From: an uncultured delta proteobacterium
Lineage (GTDB): Bacteria > Myxococcota_A > Polyangia > Fen-1088
Length of the DNA: 64,000 nucleotides
NCBI GenBank assembly: GCA_963796685.1
Contig: CAWCMR010000025.1
Location: 1,632,001-1,696,000, forward strand
Reading direction: 5' to 3'
Shown here in pieces: positions 60,904-64,000 of the stretch. Within the stretch, counting starts at the first letter, position 1. The number at the start of each line of letters is the position of its first letter. Made by a program: the position numbers and the translations under genes. The notes beneath the pieces are model-generated. The model was not told where the DNA came from, did no database searches, and worked only from the letters and a program-made list of their open reading frames with translations.

Positions 60904-62325
60904 CTAGCGTGTCGCCTTCTTCTTGCCGCCATAACGATCGGCCAGACGGTCGGCGTAGCCGTCGACTTGCTTGCATGGAGCGCGAGAAATGGCCAGGGCG
61001 CCATCGCGCACATCCTCGGTGATGGTCGCGCCCGCCGCGATCACCGCGCGCTTGCCCACGCGCACCGGTGCCACGAGCTGCGTGTCCGAGCCGATGAACG
61101 CGCCATCCTCGATGATGGTCTGGCGCTTTTCGAAGCCGTTGTAGTTGCAGGTGATGGTGCCGGCGCCCACGTTCACCTTCTCGCCCACGATGGTGTCGCC
61201 GAGATAGGTCAGGTGATTGGCCTTGCTGCCGCGCCCGAGGGTGGTCTTCTTTGTCTCGACGAAATTGCCCACGTGCACGTCCGGACCGAGCCTGGTGCCC
61301 GGGCGCAGATGGGCGAAGGGACCGATCTTGTTGTTCTCGCCGATGGTCGAATCGCTGGCCACGCAGTAGGGCAGGACGTGCGTGCCTTTGCCCACCACGG
61401 TGTCGGTCAGGATGCTGCCGTCGTCGATGCGCGCGCAGGCGCCGATATGCGTGCGTCCGCGCAAAACCACATGGCGGCCGATCTCCGCGTCGGGCTCGAT
61501 GGTCACCGAAGCCTCGACCACGACCTCGTCCGGAGCGCGGAAGGTGGCGTGCTTCATGTGCTCGTGCACGATGCGGCCGGCGAGGATCCGCTCCGCGGCG
61601 ACCAGTTGCTCGCGGTCGTTCACCCCCGACACTTCCTCGGCCGAAACGTCGACGGAAACCACACCGATGGTGGCCGCCGCCCGCGCCACGATATCCGTCA
61701 GGTAGTACTCGGCCTGGGCGTTGCGCACCGATAGCTTGGCCGTGGCCTTGCGCAGGAACTCGGCCGGGGCGGCGTAGATGCCGGCGTTCACCTCGACGAT
61801 GCGGCGCTGGACGAGGGTCGTGTCCTTGTGCTCGACCACCTCGAGGATCTTTCCCGCATCGTTGCGGACGATGCGCCCGTAGCCCGTGGGATCGCGCATC
61901 ACCGACGTCAGCATGGCCAGTCCGCGGGTCTTCTTCGCCTGCTCGATCAAGGCGGCCACGGTCTCGGCGCGCAAAAGCGGCACATCGCCGTACAGGATCA
62001 CCACCAGCCCGTCGAAATCGGCCAGCGGCCTAAGCCCCAAGCGCACGGCGTGGCCCGTGCCCTTCTGCACCTTCTGCTCGACCACGGTGACGCTGCCCGG
62101 GCCAAAGCGCTCGGCCAGCACCTTGCCGACCTCGTCGATCTGGTGGCCGAGCACGGCCACGATGGGAGTAGCGCCCAAAGCACGCGCGTTCTCGACCGCA
62201 TAGGCCACCATGGGGACCCCGAGCAGCGTGTGAAGCACCTTGTTCTTGGCCGAGGCCATCCGGGTTCCCTTCCCGGCAGCCAGGATCATGCAGGCGGTTG
62301 TGGACTTGCGGCGGCGACTGGTCAC
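60904..62325 (-). CDS. glmU: Bifunctional UDP-GlcNAc pyrophosphorylase/acetyltransferase
   Basis: ILAAGKGTRM, GTGHAV, EYYLTD, GPFAHLRP, GNFVE, GAGTITCNY. Confidence 0.96.
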   Translation of the reverse strand: MTSRRRKSTTACMILAAGKGTRMASAKNKVLHTLLGVPMVAYAVENARALGATPIVAVLGHQIDEVGKVLAERFGPGSVTVVEQKVQKGTGHAVRLGLRPLADFDGLVVILYGDVPLLRAETVAALIEQAKKTRGLAMLTSVMRDPTGYGRIVRNDAGKILEVVEHKDTTLVQRRIVEVNAGIYAAPAEFLRKATAKLSVRNAQAEYYLTDIVARAAATIGVVSVDVSAEEVSGVNDREQLVAAERILAGRIVHEHMKHATFRAPDEVVVEASVTIEPDAEIGRHVVLRGRTHIGACARIDDGSILTDTVVGKGTHVLPYCVASDSTIGENNKIGPFAHLRPGTRLGPDVHVGNFVETKKTTLGRGSKANHLTYLGDTIVGEKVNVGAGTITCNYNGFEKRQTIIEDGAFIGSDTQLVAPVRVGKRAVIAAGATITEDVRDGALAISRAPCKQVDGYADRLADRYGGKKKATR

Positions 62326-62416
62326 TGAGGAAGCTCCTTCATGGGATGGGGCATTCTACGTCAAAGAACTCGTCAGGCGTCTTTTCCGCACGAATACGGT
62401 ATACAATCCCTCGCCC

Positions 62417-64000
62417 ATGTCGCCCTACGTGCTCGTGGTCGAAAGTGACCCCGAAATGCAGCGTCGCATCGGGGATACCCTCTCCGAGGCGCACTACGCG
62501 CTTGCGTCCGAGGCCGAAATCGGCTGGGCCAAGCGCAGCATGCTGATCCAGCCTCCTGACGCGGTGGTCATCGACACCAGGCTGTCCGATGGCACCGGTT
62601 TCGCGCTGGCTGAGGAAATCCGTCGCACCCCCGAGACCGAGCACGCCCCCATCTTTTTCGTGGCCAGCACCCACCGCGGGGCCAGCCACGCCTCCGAGGC
62701 CAGGCGCCGTTTCGCCCCGGCCGAGTACCTGCCCACCCCCCTTGACGTGTCGCGCCTTTTGGCCTTGCTGCTGGAAATGGTTCCACCCAAGGAAGTCACC
62801 CTAGAGCCGCTGGTTCCCAATTACCCTGGGTCGGCCATCCTCGATCTCGAGGAGAAGCGCGAACGTCGCTACGTCGAGAGCGCGGCCAAGTCCATGGGCA
62901 CGGGCGATCCCGATTTGCGCGGCTCGCTGGCGCGCCAGCCGTTCGCCCACCTGCTCCAGCGTGTCTACGCCGGTCGCCTGACCGGTGCGCTCTTGCTCAC
63001 CAGCGACAAGGTCAAGAAGATCGTCTACGTCGAAGACGGATATCCCGTCGCCGTGCGCTCCAACGATCCCCGCGAGTGCCTCGGCCAGATTCTCCTCGAA
63101 CAAAGGATGATCTCGGCGGAGACCCTGGCCGAATCCCTGCGCCAGATGAAGGCCAGCAAAAAGCGCCAAGGCGAGCTGCTGGTCGAGATGGGGGCGCTGT
63201 CGCCCTACAACCTGTCGCGTGCCCTGGTGCTGCAGATGGAGGCCAAGCTGCTCGAGGTCTTCTCCTGGCGCGAGGGCCGCTTTGCCTTCAAGAAGGGCCA
63301 GCCCGCGCACGACCAGCCGGTGCGCCTCGATCGCACGCCCGCGGCGCTCATTCTCGAAGGCATCCGGCGTTCGTACGATGCCGAGCGCATGCGCAGCGTG
63401 CTGGATCCGTACACCGGACAATACCTCATGCCCTCGCCCGAGCGCCGGCAGCGTCTGCAGGACATCACCGCCGATCCCAACGAGCAGCGCTTCGTCGACA
63501 GCCTGGACGGTACCGTGAAATACGAGGCCGCGCTGGCCACGACCATGATTCCCACCGACCGCGCCCGGCTCCTCCTCGTCGCCATGGCCGAGGCCGGTAT
63601 GATCGTCCCGTCCCATCAGCCCGCGACGAAAGCCGGGGATGCGGTCGAAGATTTGCAACCGTTGGTGGACTCGCAGCCCCATCTGGCCGCGGGTGGGCGC
63701 ACCCGCGAGGATCTGGTGGCCATTCTCGAAGTCATGCACCATCAGACCCACTTCGAGGTCCTGGCGCTCGATCGCGAGGCCACCGAAACCGAGGTCGATA
63801 CCGCCTACGAGGTGCGGGCGCGCGATTTTCACCCCGACCGCTTCCGCATGCGTACCGAGGCCGTGCGCGTGGTGGCCGAGCGCATCTTCGAGAGGTTGGA
63901 AGAGGCGCACGCGGTACTGTCCGACCCCACTGCGCGGAGGCGCTATGTCGCCCAGCTCGACAAGAACCCTTCGAAATCTCCCGGTGCCGACGAGGAGGCA
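62417..64000 (+). CDS. Receiver + DUF4388-like + DnaJ-domain protein (runs off the window; not in the ORF track)
   Basis: MSPYVLVVESD...PDAVVID; GSLARQPFAHLL...TGAL; HFEVL...FHPDRF...AVLSDP. Confidence 0.82.
   Translation, partial: MSPYVLVVESDPEMQRRIGDTLSEAHYALASEAEIGWAKRSMLIQPPDAVVIDTRLSDGTGFALAEEIRRTPETEHAPIFFVASTHRGASHASEARRRFAPAEYLPTPLDVSRLLALLLEMVPPKEVTLEPLVPNYPGSAILDLEEKRERRYVESAAKSMGTGDPDLRGSLARQPFAHLLQRVYAGRLTGALLLTSDKVKKIVYVEDGYPVAVRSNDPRECLGQILLEQRMISAETLAESLRQMKASKKRQGELLVEMGALSPYNLSRALVLQMEAKLLEVFSWREGRFAFKKGQPAHDQPVRLDRTPAALILEGIRRSYDAERMRSVLDPYTGQYLMPSPERRQRLQDITADPNEQRFVDSLDGTVKYEAALATTMIPTDRARLLLVAMAEAGMIVPSHQPATKAGDAVEDLQPLVDSQPHLAAGGRTREDLVAILEVMHHQTHFEVLALDREATETEVDTAYEVRARDFHPDRFRMRTEAVRVVAERIFERLEEAHAVLSDPTARRRYVAQLDKNPSKSPGADEEA

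Overview
High-GC chromosomal window whose gene content suggests Myxococcota/Polyangia (inference). Host genes occupy 1-14.6 kb (icd, a frameshifted SWIM-SNF2 helicase, mdh, rlmN, and a futalosine-pathway menaquinone operon with an MqnA-MqnC fusion) and 39.8-64 kb (four-domain DsbA, TlpA, glycan enzymes, TetR-EmrAB-TolC, xfp, Hsp20s, vapBC, glmU). Between them is a tRNA-Lys/Arg/Phe integration hot spot with three parts: (i) a nested 205-bp tandem repeat and toxin-like genes downstream of tRNA-Lys; (ii) a 7.3-kb integrase-less island at tRNA-Arg(TCG) with AlbA_2-ATPase and primase-helicase cargo; (iii) the main finding, a 15,760-bp element integrated in tRNA-Phe. That element has no recognisable terminase, portal or tail genes. 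It encodes an FtsK/HerA (A32/P9-like) ATPase, a candidate double-jelly-roll capsid protein with an unusual N-terminal multi-TM extension, a dozen small membrane proteins, a membrane-anchored SleB-like hydrolase, an iteron-containing replication initiator and a tyrosine integrase with a non-canonical active site. It is a probable novel temperate, tailless, membrane-containing provirus. All family calls come from motif recognition by eye; no database searches were run.
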